Shown here: positions 21,311 to 32,504 of the stretch, piece after piece
Layout: the number at the start of each line of letters is the position of its first letter
Position numbering within the stretch: position 1 is the stretch's first letter
Source: Diplonema japonicum
Taxonomy: Eukaryota; Protista; Euglenozoa: Diplonemea
Direction: 5' to 3'
DNA: 64,000 bases
NCBI GenBank assembly: GCA_964019335.1
Contig: OZ025673.1
Location: 558,001-622,000, forward strand
Position numbers and translations under genes: made by a program
Notes under the pieces: model-generated
Databases searched by the model: none
Seen by the model: the letters and a program-made list of their open reading frames with translations, nothing else
What the model was told of the DNA's origin: nothing

Positions 21311-24300
21311 CTATTTTTTAGCATGCAGTTCTTGTTCTTGCCTCTTCAGCTCGGCAAGGACGGCCGCACGTCTGTTCGCACGCTGTTTTGCAGCCTCGAC
21401 ACCCCTGCTAAATGAGTCTGGAACAAAGGATGAAGATGTGATAGGTGGGTGTGATGGTGCTGGTGCTGCTGCTGCTGGTGGTGCGGTATTGGGTCGCAGA
21501 GGCTGAAGAGAAGGTGTGGACTGTGTCTGCTGGTTTTGCTGTGTTGTTGCAGTTTCAGTTCGCATAGTAGAGGGAGAGGGGGAAGGTGCAAGTGAGTGTG
21601 CTGGCACTGGATCAGGTGGTGGGTTGGTGCCATCGATTGACGTGAAGTCCTGCACCACCTCCTCCGATCGCATGGTGTTTGTTGCGTCGAACGTTGCCAC
21701 CCGCAGAACTCCCGGCCGCTTCCCATGCTGGATGGCTATCTGCAAGCCAGACGAAGGGAACAATGGGCTCGAGGTGTCTGGAGCATCACCGCCCATAGTG
21801 TACCTTATGATCCATGAGGGATCATCCGCTGTTGCCACCACCACTATCACTCTAGCATGTGCTATCATCTTCGGAGGCGGAAGGTCACCCGTGCTTTGTT
21901 CATGACCCGCCCCCTTGCTTACCGGCAGGTACGGGGCACCTTCAATAAAGGTCTTTGAGACGACTCTCGAAGGTGCGCGTCTTCCTTTCGTATCAACGCA
22001 TATCGCTTGTAGCTCAGTTGTACCCTTCCGTGGTATCGGGATGCTGTGTGTCCGTGACAGCTCGAGAGTGGACCCCCCCGGCTGTGCCATTGGCATGCTG
22101 CGGTCCAACGTATAGAGTGCCGAGAGACCATCCTCGTCAGGAATCTGCAATTCTACCATAAGCTGCACTGCGTGACAAGTAAGGCTCGGCTTCGTGGGCT
22201 GTGCTGCACCAATTGACCTGGGGCTAACCGAGACTGGTGTAGGTGGGAGAGTGGGAGCAAACGGCAACTCGAGCTGGTATGTTTTAGATACAACACGAGA
22301 GGGTTGCTTCCCAACCACTTTTGCGTAAGCGGTGATTGTCGCTTTGCCTGCACTCATTTCTTTATGCCGCAAGATGATAGCGCTGTTGGGCGGATACACC
22401 TTATCAATGTCAGGCTCACGGTTGATGCCGTAGTATATATCACCGTCATCTGCACAAGAGAGGTACACTTGCAGCTCGTGCCCTACATGAGTGCCTTGGA
22501 TGGGGTAGAAGGTAGGTGCGTGTGTGAATTTAGTCTGCGTAACAGGCGAAGTTGGTGGAGCAGGACCGTTCTCCGTCACCTCGTAGACCACCTCGACGAT
22601 GTCTGACTTAACAACCTCACCTCCGGCTTTCACGAAGCACCACGCCACGACTTCATACCTCCCAGGGTGCGGGAGGCGGAAGGTAGTGTCGCCTTTGATG
22701 GTGTCACTCTTTTGCATTGGTTCAATTTCGTGATTCTTCGGTTGAAAGGTGTAAGAGTAATGCAGCTCCACCTGACCAGCCCAATGAGGCAGCACGGGTC
22801 GTTGTATCCTGCACAGCGTGTCGATACCGTACGACCCCCCTCCAGGTGTCACCTTTGGCACGGCAGGCACCAAACGGTACACTTGCGTCACAGGTGTCGA
22901 CTCCACATTACCCGACGTTGCCACAGCTGTCACGCAGCTCCGCCCGAAGCCACGCAGATGCAGCTCCTCGCCGATGTTGTAGGGCCGCTCTGTGTCATTG
23001 ATGTTCACACGCACACTTGTTGTCTCGCCTCCCAGGTTGATGGTGATGGGGAAGGAGTCTGTAACTACGAACTGTCCTGCAGGAGGATGGAGGCTCACGG
23101 GGTTCACTATCCTGTTCTCAACGTGGACGGGCAGCTTGGTAGGCTTCGACATAAGCTGCGTCACCGGGTCCGTGGCGTTCGCTTCTACCACATACAACCC
23201 CGGCCTTTCCAACGTAAGGTTGACCGGCGAAGGCCCAGAACGCTCTTCCACAACACCACCGCAATCGAGCTTGTAACGGATGATGCCGTCGCCAGTAATG
23301 GTCACTACTTTGGGAACGGTGCCCTTCTCTACAATGGCGGGAACGCTGGGTGCACATCGTACACGAATGCTGAGCGGGTCGGAGTCTTTCCATTCGGGCT
23401 TGGTTGACACTGCCTTGAGTACCCACTCACCAGGAGTAAAGGCAATCGCGGACGTAAATATACTGGTAGGCACAGTGTTGTTCCATTCTAAATATTTGCC
23501 ATCCTCTGCTTTCTCGACAGAATAGAGGACAGTGGGACAGGAGGTGCCTGGGCTTCTATCATCGATTCGGTGCGAGAAGGCTACACTGTCGCTGGGGTCC
23601 ACATCAGCCTTGTCGCGAGGGCACGCTTCCCCTGACACGAGCACCAGGGGCGGCTCTAGCTTCTTTGGTATCACGTACCGCTTCACCATTGCTGGCGTTC
23701 GGGAACCTTGTGCAGCTGCTCGTACTTCGGTAGTCTCCGTGATGAGGATGGGGCTCTCGTAGGGCAGCCCTGCATCCCAAGGGTCCTCACCGGTGACTGT
23801 GTAAAATAAATTGCCAGTCTCCGGGTGCCACAAGGTTAAGAAGAGGCCCTCCTCGTAGACCCCTGGTGCGTGACTGAAGAACACTTCACCTGTGGGTGGT
23901 GTGATTTCCAGCATAGAGGTCATAATGTCTGAGTCCTCCCGGCCAGGTGCGTATGAAAAGGCCTGCACGACGACAGATCCTGTGACGTGGGGGATGTTGC
24001 TGTGGGTGTTCGGGATGTTACACGGGTGAGGGGCTCCCAGCACGATGACCTGCCCGTCCAGCCTCTCGAACTTTGCCATGTGCACAGTAGTCGGCTGGCC
24101 TATTCTGTAATACACTGATGCGTCCGGTGGCGGTACCACAACAAGCGGTGTCCCTGCAGGGTGTTTCCCTCCTGACGGGAGGATCGATGGGACCCCCAAC
24201 CTTTTCGGTGGCACCTCCTCCTCCCTCATCTGCACATCCACCTTTGCCCTCCTACCAACAAACCAGCACACGAGACATAAAAACGCTAAAATAAGCGCTA

Positions 24301-24334
24301 TTATTGTGGCAATGATGGCCCAAAACCATACCAT
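21311..24334 (-). CDS. Single-pass membrane protein with multiple Fn3-associated/CHB_HEX_C-like repeats
   Basis: N-terminal TM helix, then repeats such as PGVY...LFYTVTGEDP...YESPILITETTEVRAAA, PTFYP..G...IYYGINREP, LYTLDRSMP and IRYTMGGDAP. Intronless, 1007 aa. Confidence 0.75.
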   Translation of the reverse strand: MVWFWAIIATIIALILAFLCLVCWFVGRRAKVDVQMREEEVPPKRLGVPSILPSGGKHPAGTPLVVVPPPDASVYYRIGQPTTVHMAKFERLDGQVIVLGAPHPCNIPNTHSNIPHVTGSVVVQAFSYAPGREDSDIMTSMLEITPPTGEVFFSHAPGVYEEGLFLTLWHPETGNLFYTVTGEDPWDAGLPYESPILITETTEVRAAAQGSRTPAMVKRYVIPKKLEPPLVLVSGEACPRDKADVDPSDSVAFSHRIDDRSPGTSCPTVLYSVEKAEDGKYLEWNNTVPTSIFTSAIAFTPGEWVLKAVSTKPEWKDSDPLSIRVRCAPSVPAIVEKGTVPKVVTITGDGIIRYKLDCGGVVEERSGPSPVNLTLERPGLYVVEANATDPVTQLMSKPTKLPVHVENRIVNPVSLHPPAGQFVVTDSFPITINLGGETTSVRVNINDTERPYNIGEELHLRGFGRSCVTAVATSGNVESTPVTQVYRLVPAVPKVTPGGGSYGIDTLCRIQRPVLPHWAGQVELHYSYTFQPKNHEIEPMQKSDTIKGDTTFRLPHPGRYEVVAWCFVKAGGEVVKSDIVEVVYEVTENGPAPPTSPVTQTKFTHAPTFYPIQGTHVGHELQVYLSCADDGDIYYGINREPDIDKVYPPNSAIILRHKEMSAGKATITAYAKVVGKQPSRVVSKTYQLELPFAPTLPPTPVSVSPRSIGAAQPTKPSLTCHAVQLMVELQIPDEDGLSALYTLDRSMPMAQPGGSTLELSRTHSIPIPRKGTTELQAICVDTKGRRAPSRVVSKTFIEGAPYLPVSKGAGHEQSTGDLPPPKMIAHARVIVVVATADDPSWIIRYTMGGDAPDTSSPLFPSSGLQIAIQHGKRPGVLRVATFDATNTMRSEEVVQDFTSIDGTNPPPDPVPAHSLAPSPSPSTMRTETATTQQNQQTQSTPSLQPLRPNTAPPAAAAPAPSHPPITSSSFVPDSFSRGVEAAKQRANRRAAVLAELKRQEQELHAKK

Positions 24335-24415
24335 CCCCGTCCTGTGTTAGAAATGAAGCTCTGGAAACGGCAAAAAGATATGTAATTCTCTCTCTCTCTC
24401 TCTTTTTTTTTTTCC

Positions 24416-27400
24416 CTAAGAATCTTGGTATTCTAAATTAGACCGCCATTCTCCAGAGAGCGATTTGCCTTCAAGAGTAAATTGCAGTACCTGAGAAGAA
24501 GCAACAAAAGCAGAAAGATGGGAGAAGCCTTGTTGACTTTGCTTGTCGTTGCAGATGGTGAATGGGGGCTCGAAGACAGCTTGGCAGGTAACGAGGACAG
24601 TGAGGTTACGTGCGCGGGTGAAGGCGACGTTGAGGCGGGTGAGGTCGTAGAAAAAATCGGCCTTCTGAGAGGGGATGCTGTAGGCAACGAACATGACATC
24701 CGACGTTTGCCCTTGCATTTTGTTGATGGTGTCAACTTTTGCGAAAGGATTATCTCGGTAGTGGCTAAGGGCATCTCGCTGCAGGCGAGTTGGCGTGCAC
24801 ACTTCTGTGCTGTAATTACCCCCATATTCCCCAACACTGCACATCTCAATGCTCTTCGCAATGCGGTGACACAGCTCTGCCTCCATTGCTTGGTCATACT
24901 CACTGCCTCCGTCCACCATCACTGTGAGCATCCCATCTCGCCACTTCTTATTCTCACTTAGGAGTTCCACCAAGTCTCGCTCGCACACCTTCGTCTCCAT
25001 CACATTCTTCTCCTCCTTCAACGTCTTCTCCCCGAAACCCTTCGGCACGTTGTAATCCTTGTCATACAACCGCTGCGAGAACCTGCATATTGTCCGATTC
25101 GACCTGAGGTTCTCCGTCAGCTTCACCAGCACCCCGTTGTTCCCTTCCATCAGCGACCTGAACACCGAACAATACCCGTGCGTGTTTTCTGTTAATGTTG
25201 TTGTGTCATTAAAAAAAAGAGAGAAAAGCACACCTTTTCCTGCTGGTTTGTTACGCTTGATAGGCCCAAGCTGCAGGTGATCCCCGGCAAGCACCAACCG
25301 TCCGGTCTCTCTGTTCACTTTGTTAATCTGTGGCATTTTCTTCGGTGCATCATTATTTACATACCAAGGTGCTTGAGTCTGTGGTAGGCATCTGGCTCGC
25401 CTCGTCGATCACGACCACGTCGTAAGCCTTCGGGACTTTGTACTCACGGGGGTCACGCTTCACTGCATCAGGTGCTTGCTTGAAGGTGCTCTTGGCCATG
25501 AGTCGCCATGTAGTGCATCCCATGACAGAAAAGTTCACTTCTTTTTTAACTTCCTTCGGCGGTGCTTCTCTGAAGTCTGGCGACGGTGACCTTGATGATT
25601 CTTGTACGTCCCGCTGCGTGTCCTGAGGGGGGTCTTGGAGTCTTGGCTCACTTGTTGCACGGCCCCAGGACTGTGAGAAGGATTTGGCATCACGTGGCGG
25701 TGCCGTGTCGTACCAATAATCACCGTCCAAGATGCACACCAACACCTCATCCCACTTGGGGTTGAGAACTGCACGCTCCGCGACCAGCTTCTTAACACGC
25801 TCAATGACCTCTGTGAATGCTGTTTTAGCTACAGAGCTCACCAGGATGTGGCATTGCTTGCATGACAACAGCGCAGTTTCCATCCAGCGCACGATGGCAC
25901 GTGCTAAGTAGAAAGTCTTCCCCGTCCCTGGAGGCCCCCAGACAAGTTGCATTTGGCTTGTTAACGAGTGGTCGAAAGCCCTCTCCTGGCTCGCCGTCAT
26001 CGGCATGCACTTCCGCAGCTCTTCTAAATTACCGGGGCTGGCAGGCACCGGTTTGTTCGGCATGCACGCTGCTCCCTTTTCCAGAAGGTCGACAAACAAC
26101 GTGGCGTCAACAGCGCACAGCGCAGTCATCACTTTCGGGAAGTTCACATCTGTGTACCGCTCGTGCAGCATGAACAGCTTGCCCGTCGGTGCATTCGCCA
26201 GCCACTCTTCGCAGCCTCCTCTCTTAAATACAGTCAGCCAGCCTATGTGGTCGCCGCATTTCGAAAAGAGTTTCTTCAAATAAGTATCTCTGCAAGGTGC
26301 TTCGTCTCGGTCGATGTCGCACAGCGTTATGCCTTCGATGTCCCCCCACTGCTTCGACAGAGCGGAAACACACGAGAAGGTCAAGTCAGGGAAGTCGGCA
26401 GCTTTGTTGATGCGTCCTTCTGTGCATGGCACCGGAGGGCTCGGCGACAGTAGCCACCCGCCCATCTTGAAGGACTCGTAAACTACATATTGCTCACCTT
26501 CTACAACGCAGAACCTAAAGCTCTTGCCACTTTGTATCTTCTCAAGAACGATACAAGGACGCGTGTTCTGCATGTTTTGGGCTTGTGCGAGTGCTTCTGC
26601 TTGCCTGCTGTACAGCAACTGTGAAGCAACTGGGCTTTTGTTCCACATCAATGGGCTCGTGTTTCGCACATTTTCCCCCTTGAGTAGATTCGTGGTCTCG
26701 TGTTTCTTGCGCAGCCATTCCAGGAGCTTGTACCCATTGACAGCTCTATCCGTCACCTGTGCCTCACCCAAGGGCAGCAAGTCATCGATGATTGGTATCC
26801 CGGTAAACTTGCTGATGTCAGATGACAAGGTGATCCCCACAGAGGGCCAATGCAATGTTGCATTTAGACAGGCGTCCAGCGACGCCACCTTAGCCGGTCC
26901 GTACATCAGCTTGTTGAGTGCGGGCTTCGCAACTTGTGATACGGTTTGCGCTGGAGTATCAGCAGTCAGTTCCTTGCCACTGATATGTTTCGCTGCTCTG
27001 CTTGCTAAGGTGCCTTTTGTTCCAGATGATGAGATGCCCAGTCGGTAGCAGATTTCCTCATACTGTCCTTTGAGGGAGCTTTCTTTGATGCTCAGAGTTG
27101 AATCGAGACCTTGAAACAGATCACTATACAGCCCAAGTGAGCTCAGTGACGAATGATCCGCGATGCGGAGAAGACATTCCTTAAGGTCCACGCTGTCGGG
27201 GTGCTGCACGGCCCACCGAACGAGCTGCTGTGACAGATGCCTTATCTCCTGATCCGATGTGGTGTAGAACTGCAGCGTGGCATCGTGAGTTGTGCCACGT
27301 AGCACTTTAAGAAGAGCATCAACAACCTGCTGCATGGTAGGCTTTGTCAGTACCGTGACCTTGTCCTGTGCTGTTGCCACTGCGAATTTTTGCAGTGCGT

Positions 27401-28415
27401 TACTCTCGGGACTGAAAACTGCGACAAGCATTGCTTCCGTGTCCGATTGCTTAAGTGGAGTTTTGTGGAAATTTGCCGGCTCGACCGAAGTGGTCAGGCA
27501 AGCCTTGACCTGCGGTATCCTCTCGTCATCTGTTCTGCAGTTCAACAGCATCGCAAGCTGCTCTTTAGAAGGGTCTGTTGCAACTGTGGCGGTCCACCAC
27601 GCATCCAGGTCTTTCAAGGTTGCGACTCCTGTTGTTGCTTGAATGGCCTCAAGCTTCTCGAGAGTCATGTTTTTGAGGGCCTTGAGAGTGCCTGCAGCCT
27701 CGTCTCTGCACTTATCGATGTACGAGCAGCCTGTACAGGTACTGGGGTTCAGCACCCAAGCTGGATTTGTGAGTTTTGTTTGCATCATTTTGAGCACACG
27801 TCGCACTTGCGACTGCATAACAGCGAGGTCTGTGGTCTCCACGATGTAGGGGAGTGGCGTGTCCTCGTGTGGTTGAGGGGCGCGCCAGATCTCACCAACA
27901 GAAGAGACTGCGATAGAGGTGCCGTTGAGGTGTTTCTCGAGGATATATTTGTAAGCAGCTATTTGAGCTTGGTGCGAGACCTTCATCTTAAGGCTGGCCT
28001 TGATGTCAATGACGGTGACGGTGATGGTTGTTGTGCGCTGCACGCGGAGGAGGTCAGGGAAAGCACGGGACAGAGAGAGGTCGGTCCCAACGGTGCCCAC
28101 TGGCGTGGCCGCCAGAGGCAACTGTGCAATATATATCTCACCCTCTCCTGCAATACTATTCAGATACTCTGCCAGACCCCCGCTACCACACACAAAGGCT
28201 TCCATTTCTGTCGCATCGATAACTGTGATGCCTCTCTCCTGCAAGTTCTTCACGACGTTCTCTTCAAATTTATTGCCCCTCTCCAGATACTCAGCCTCCG
28301 TACCCACTGGTGTTTTTTCGGCCTCTACTCCTTGTTCTTCAGATGATTGTAACAAGTACTTCTCACACCCACCTCTGTGGAAGTATGTTCCTAAGTTAGA
28401 CGGCCGGATCTTCAT
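24416..28415 (-). CDS. Cas4/RecB-like PD-(D/E)xK nuclease fused to UPF1/Dna2-like SF1B helicase, 3 exons
   Basis: Nuclease motifs FPDLL, IDIKAS, QIAAY, with Cys17 plus CTGCSYIDKC. Helicase motifs GPPGTGKT, IDEASQ, AGDHLQLGP, ENLRS, TINKMQG, LNVAFTRAR. Introns 25328-25364 and 25189-25233. Confidence 0.87.
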
Positions 28416-28554
28416 GTTCCCCTACTTCTCCTACGGAGCTAGGTTGGAGAAAGAGATCTAACCCTTCGCACCATGCAACTCTCTCCAGAGATGAGAGTGT
28501 CAACCGACGATGGCGCTGGGGTAGGGAAAATAACATAAAAAAACTAGCTGCAGT

Positions 28555-29835
28555 TTAAAAATCGTCACTCATTTCATCCATATCTTGGTGTGCCTCGTCG
28601 TCTGAGGCCTCTAATTGAGGGCATTCGACAGGCTGGTTATTGAACCTTCCTTGCACGGTTTCCTGTGGTGGATTATCTTCGTGATGGGTTTTCCTTACCT
28701 TGATTAGCAGCCAGGATTTCGTGTGGCTAAGCAACAGCCCCGTAATCCGCTGTACCTCCTCAACATGTACATTAATCTCTTCCAAGCATATTGACCTAGG
28801 TACTTTGCCCCTCTCAAGGCAGCACCACAGTTTGTGCGCGTTCATTGCACCGATTTTCTGTGTTTGATTTACCCCTCCCCAATTTTAGTCGTTGTTGTTT
28901 CATACATCCACCATCAGCTTCTCGATATTCCTTCGCACTGTTACCATATTAGCCGCAGTTAAGATGTTGACTGTCTGAGCTTGGAGCTCTTGTTTTTCTC
29001 TGTTTGGCTTGCACCACAGCACCATTGATGTACATTTTTCACTCGGAGCGAGGTCGTGGAGCCACCAGTGGGATGGGAGGAAGAGCACCTCATTCGGCAA
29101 CAGGTCCACCACTCGTGCGTACTCTGCTGCCCACGGGAACCGCGGGTAGTTGGGGCCGGGGTTAGTCCCCTTTTCAATGTGCTCACCAAGTTGGCTGTAC
29201 TTGTCAGCCGGGTGCGAGACTGGATAAGGATACAGAGTAGCGTAAGCAGCAGGGTGGAACACAATGACCCTCCGCCGTCCAAAGAGCTGTGCATGTATCG
29301 TGTCCTGTTCATCGTAGTGTGCGGGTCTGAAGCATTTTGGTTCCCAGATGCACAGCTCATGCGACGTTACCTTCCCAAACCCTGCAACCTTTCTAATATC
29401 GTCGACTACATCCCATTGAAACCCTGCAAACTGCTTCTCAAGCTTCGGTCCCAACCCCACCCGCAAGATGTCTTGCAGCATGTATAATTTTTTCCGGTTC
29501 TTCATGGCTTTGATCCGCTTCAGCTGCGGCGCTGTTAGGCGGAGGCGTTGCGTGGGGCAGACCCACTTCGCAGCATACGGAGAGTCGCTGTCGTTGTTCT
29601 TGTCCGTCAGCATCTGGCCCTCTGAGCTGTACACCGTGAATAGTGCATCGCTGTCCGCTTGCTCGATCAAAAACTCTTCGTCCCATATGTGCTCCGGTTT
29701 CTTCAACAGTGTGATCCTCTTCACAGCAACGGGGCTCTGCTCCGTGACATACTCCTTCCACTCGCTTGATGTGAATGTGACCTTTGGCAGTTTCTTAAGC
29801 TCTGCGACGCTTATGCCCTTTTCTGGCACCACCAT
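28555..29835 (-). CDS. FIH/HIF1AN-like JmjC (cupin-8) protein, possibly catalytically impaired, 3 exons
   Basis: PAHYDEQ, LYPYPVSHPADKYSQ, YPRF, RRNIEKLM and QGRFN resemble FIH. Introns 28858-28905 and 28663-28698. Confidence 0.77.
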
Positions 29836-29928
29836 CTTTGCGTTCCTGTAGTGCTAGTTAGTGGTGAGCTTGGGGGGTACTAGGAAAAAGATGGTTCAAC
29901 TGGCTGGTTGTAAAAACAGCATTACAGG

Positions 29929-31998
29929 TTATTTAGAGGCGAACCCTACGGACTTTCTTGTCCGTTGGTCAGCAGGCGTAGCTGCTCTGTTTTCTAACGG
30001 TGGACAAGAGGGTGCTTCTTCACCGGTTTTTGCTACTCCTGGGTAGAATCTCCCATCACTTCCTACAGCGTGCGGCGGCCGTGGCTTGACGCCGATGTTC
30101 ACAAAGCTTGAGTCTGGTGGAGGGTCAGCCCATGTGGGCGATGGCGGCTCTTGTTCCTGGTTATCTTCCCCAGAGGCAGCTTTGTTTTCATCACCCCGCC
30201 CCTTCAGCCATTCATAATAGTTCACTAGTTTCTTCTTTGTTGTACTCATATTGCCGCCAGCAGAGGGACTCGACGGTCGTGACCCTTTCCCTTCCTTGGT
30301 TGACATGAACATCGAGCTTGGGGGGAACTGCTGCACATCCTTCTGCCCCGGCGCTTTGTTGCATGATAAGCATTTGAATTGCAAAGCAGCTTGATTGTGG
30401 GTGATGTTGAAGTTGGTGATGTCGTTGCGCACGTTTGACGTATTGTTCACGATCTCGTACAGCGCCTGTTCGAGCTCTATTCTGTTGACCTTTGTCTGCT
30501 GCAGCTCGCGGATGACGGTGTCTACCTCACCCAACTTTGATTGCACTACTTCAAATATTTCCTGCGGCATGGCAACGGATCTGTCCCCACTGCTTTCCAC
30601 CCGGCTTGTGCTGATGTTAATTCTCATTGGTGATTTAGGTCCTGCAAAAGACCTCTGGGTATTACCCGTCGGAGAAGTGGGTGATCTGTTTGAAAACGGA
30701 CTATCGGGACGGGTTTGTTGTTCCTCATGTGAACAAAGGCTCTTGCCCAAATAATACGCGCTCATGTTCTTTTTGCCCTGTTTCGGGGAAACGGGTGTGC
30801 TCCCATGTTGCGTCTTCCCAGGTCTATTATCCTTTACCGCTGCCAACTCCACCTGCAGATCGTCAAGACTCTCTTGCATTGCTTCCAGCCGTTGCATCGT
30901 ACCGTGGTTCTGTATTCTTTGCTCGTCTTTGTCCACCTTGTCATGCAGAGCCGTCCAGTCGGATTTTTTCAGCAGCTCCTTTGCCAAGGCCTCCCTCTCC
31001 ATTGTGGCATACTCCGAACGTTCATCTAAGGTGTTCTGCTTGTTTTGGAGAGTCTCCACTGTTCCATAAAGCTCGTCCTTGTGAACAAAGGTATAGGCTT
31101 CGGCCTTCTTGACGCTCTGGATGTCAACGGCTTCTATCTTACTCTGAAGGCACAGCTCTGCGGCGCGTACCCTGTCGTTCATTTCGTTGTAGTCCTTTGC
31201 GCGTTGCACACCTACATCCTCAAACTTGTCAGCCAGCTCGTTTATACGCCTCTCGGAGGACACTAATGTTTTTGCCGACGCGTTGCAAGATGTCGTCAGT
31301 CCTTTAATGGCGAGGTCGTTCGTGATGTTGTTCTGAAGCATCGACTGAAACAGCGGTACCTTAGCGATCACCTCCTGCGACCTGTCGGTGTCGTTGCCTG
31401 ACGCCACGTCTTCCCTTGTGAGGTTGAAGAGTCGGTACAGGTGGTCCTGGTCCGCGTGGTGCTTCTTCACCTGGACTTGGAGGAGCAAGCAGCTTTCCGA
31501 TGTCTTCTTGTACACATCCTTGCACCGGGTGTTGAGCTGTGTGACCTCCTCGTCGAGGTTCCCCAGACGCGTGGCGTGCTCCTTCAAAGACATCCTGATG
31601 TGCGTCACGCTCTTGTCGACATAAAGTTTTAATTTCTCTTCGCTCTTGATGAGGCTCTCGTAGACTGCCTTGAACCGTTCTTCGGACTCCTCACGTTCCT
31701 TTTTTATCTCGAGACGCAGCCGCTCGTCATCGGCCATCCGCTTCTTCATCTCTACTGTGAATTTCGCTTCCATTTCGTTCCGGAGGTTCCTGGTGTTGAT
31801 CTCCGTTTCTATTTTGCGCTTAGTCGCCTCCTTCTCCATCACCTCGAGCACCGCGTGTTGTTGCCGTACCGTCCTGAACAGCTCCGCAATTGCGTTCGCC
31901 ATGTTAGATGAATCGATGGCCAACACAGGAGTCAGCCGCGAAGGGATGACTTCCTCGGGCAGCTTCACCGCCTCCAACGCTTTCATCACACTGCTCAT
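29929..31998 (-). CDS. Hypothetical long coiled-coil protein with C-terminal CLSC motif
   Basis: Start MSSVMKAL at 31998; heptad-rich, FKCLSCNK near the C-terminus. Confidence 0.7.
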   Translation of the reverse strand: MSSVMKALEAVKLPEEVIPSRLTPVLAIDSSNMANAIAELFRTVRQQHAVLEVMEKEATKRKIETEINTRNLRNEMEAKFTVEMKKRMADDERLRLEIKKEREESEERFKAVYESLIKSEEKLKLYVDKSVTHIRMSLKEHATRLGNLDEEVTQLNTRCKDVYKKTSESCLLLQVQVKKHHADQDHLYRLFNLTREDVASGNDTDRSQEVIAKVPLFQSMLQNNITNDLAIKGLTTSCNASAKTLVSSERRINELADKFEDVGVQRAKDYNEMNDRVRAAELCLQSKIEAVDIQSVKKAEAYTFVHKDELYGTVETLQNKQNTLDERSEYATMEREALAKELLKKSDWTALHDKVDKDEQRIQNHGTMQRLEAMQESLDDLQVELAAVKDNRPGKTQHGSTPVSPKQGKKNMSAYYLGKSLCSHEEQQTRPDSPFSNRSPTSPTGNTQRSFAGPKSPMRINISTSRVESSGDRSVAMPQEIFEVVQSKLGEVDTVIRELQQTKVNRIELEQALYEIVNNTSNVRNDITNFNITHNQAALQFKCLSCNKAPGQKDVQQFPPSSMFMSTKEGKGSRPSSPSAGGNMSTTKKKLVNYYEWLKGRGDENKAASGEDNQEQEPPSPTWADPPPDSSFVNIGVKPRPPHAVGSDGRFYPGVAKTGEEAPSCPPLENRAATPADQRTRKSVGFASK

Positions 31999-32504
31999 TT
32001 TGTTCTCTTTTTTTTGCGGCAACCTATAATATCCTGCAGCATGCAAAATTTCTTCAATGAAAAGACTCGCTTCTTACTACAGAATGGAGTGGAATACAAA
32101 AAAAGGAAAAAAAAAAGAAAAACAGTACGTGTGACGTATGTGAAGACGCGTGCCGACTGCTGCCCCTTGTCTGTAAGTAGTCTCTGGTTGTGAGGGAACG
32201 AAGACTCGAAAAAAAAGGGGGGGATGAATAGGAAAGTAAGTGAAAAGGTTCGTAACTCGGATAATAGTTTCTTGGGAGGCAGGTTGCACCCTGCTCCGGA
32301 GTGATAAGGGGAGTCCAACAAACAAATCGAGCAAGCACGGCTACACGTAAAGAACACTACACTGAAAGAACTCTACTTGTCTTGAGGCGGCTGGTCATCT
32401 TACCTTTGTGAGAACGGACAAGTTTCGGCTCTCGGGCTGCAGTGGCCTGTGGACGCAGGCAAGTAAGGCAAAAGTAGTGGTTACCTCGCTGACGCGAGGC
32501 TTGT

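Noticed and set aside
24416-28415. Cas4-like nuclease as a sign of a CRISPR locus
   Set aside because: No repeat-spacer array or other cas genes; eukaryotic intron-containing context.
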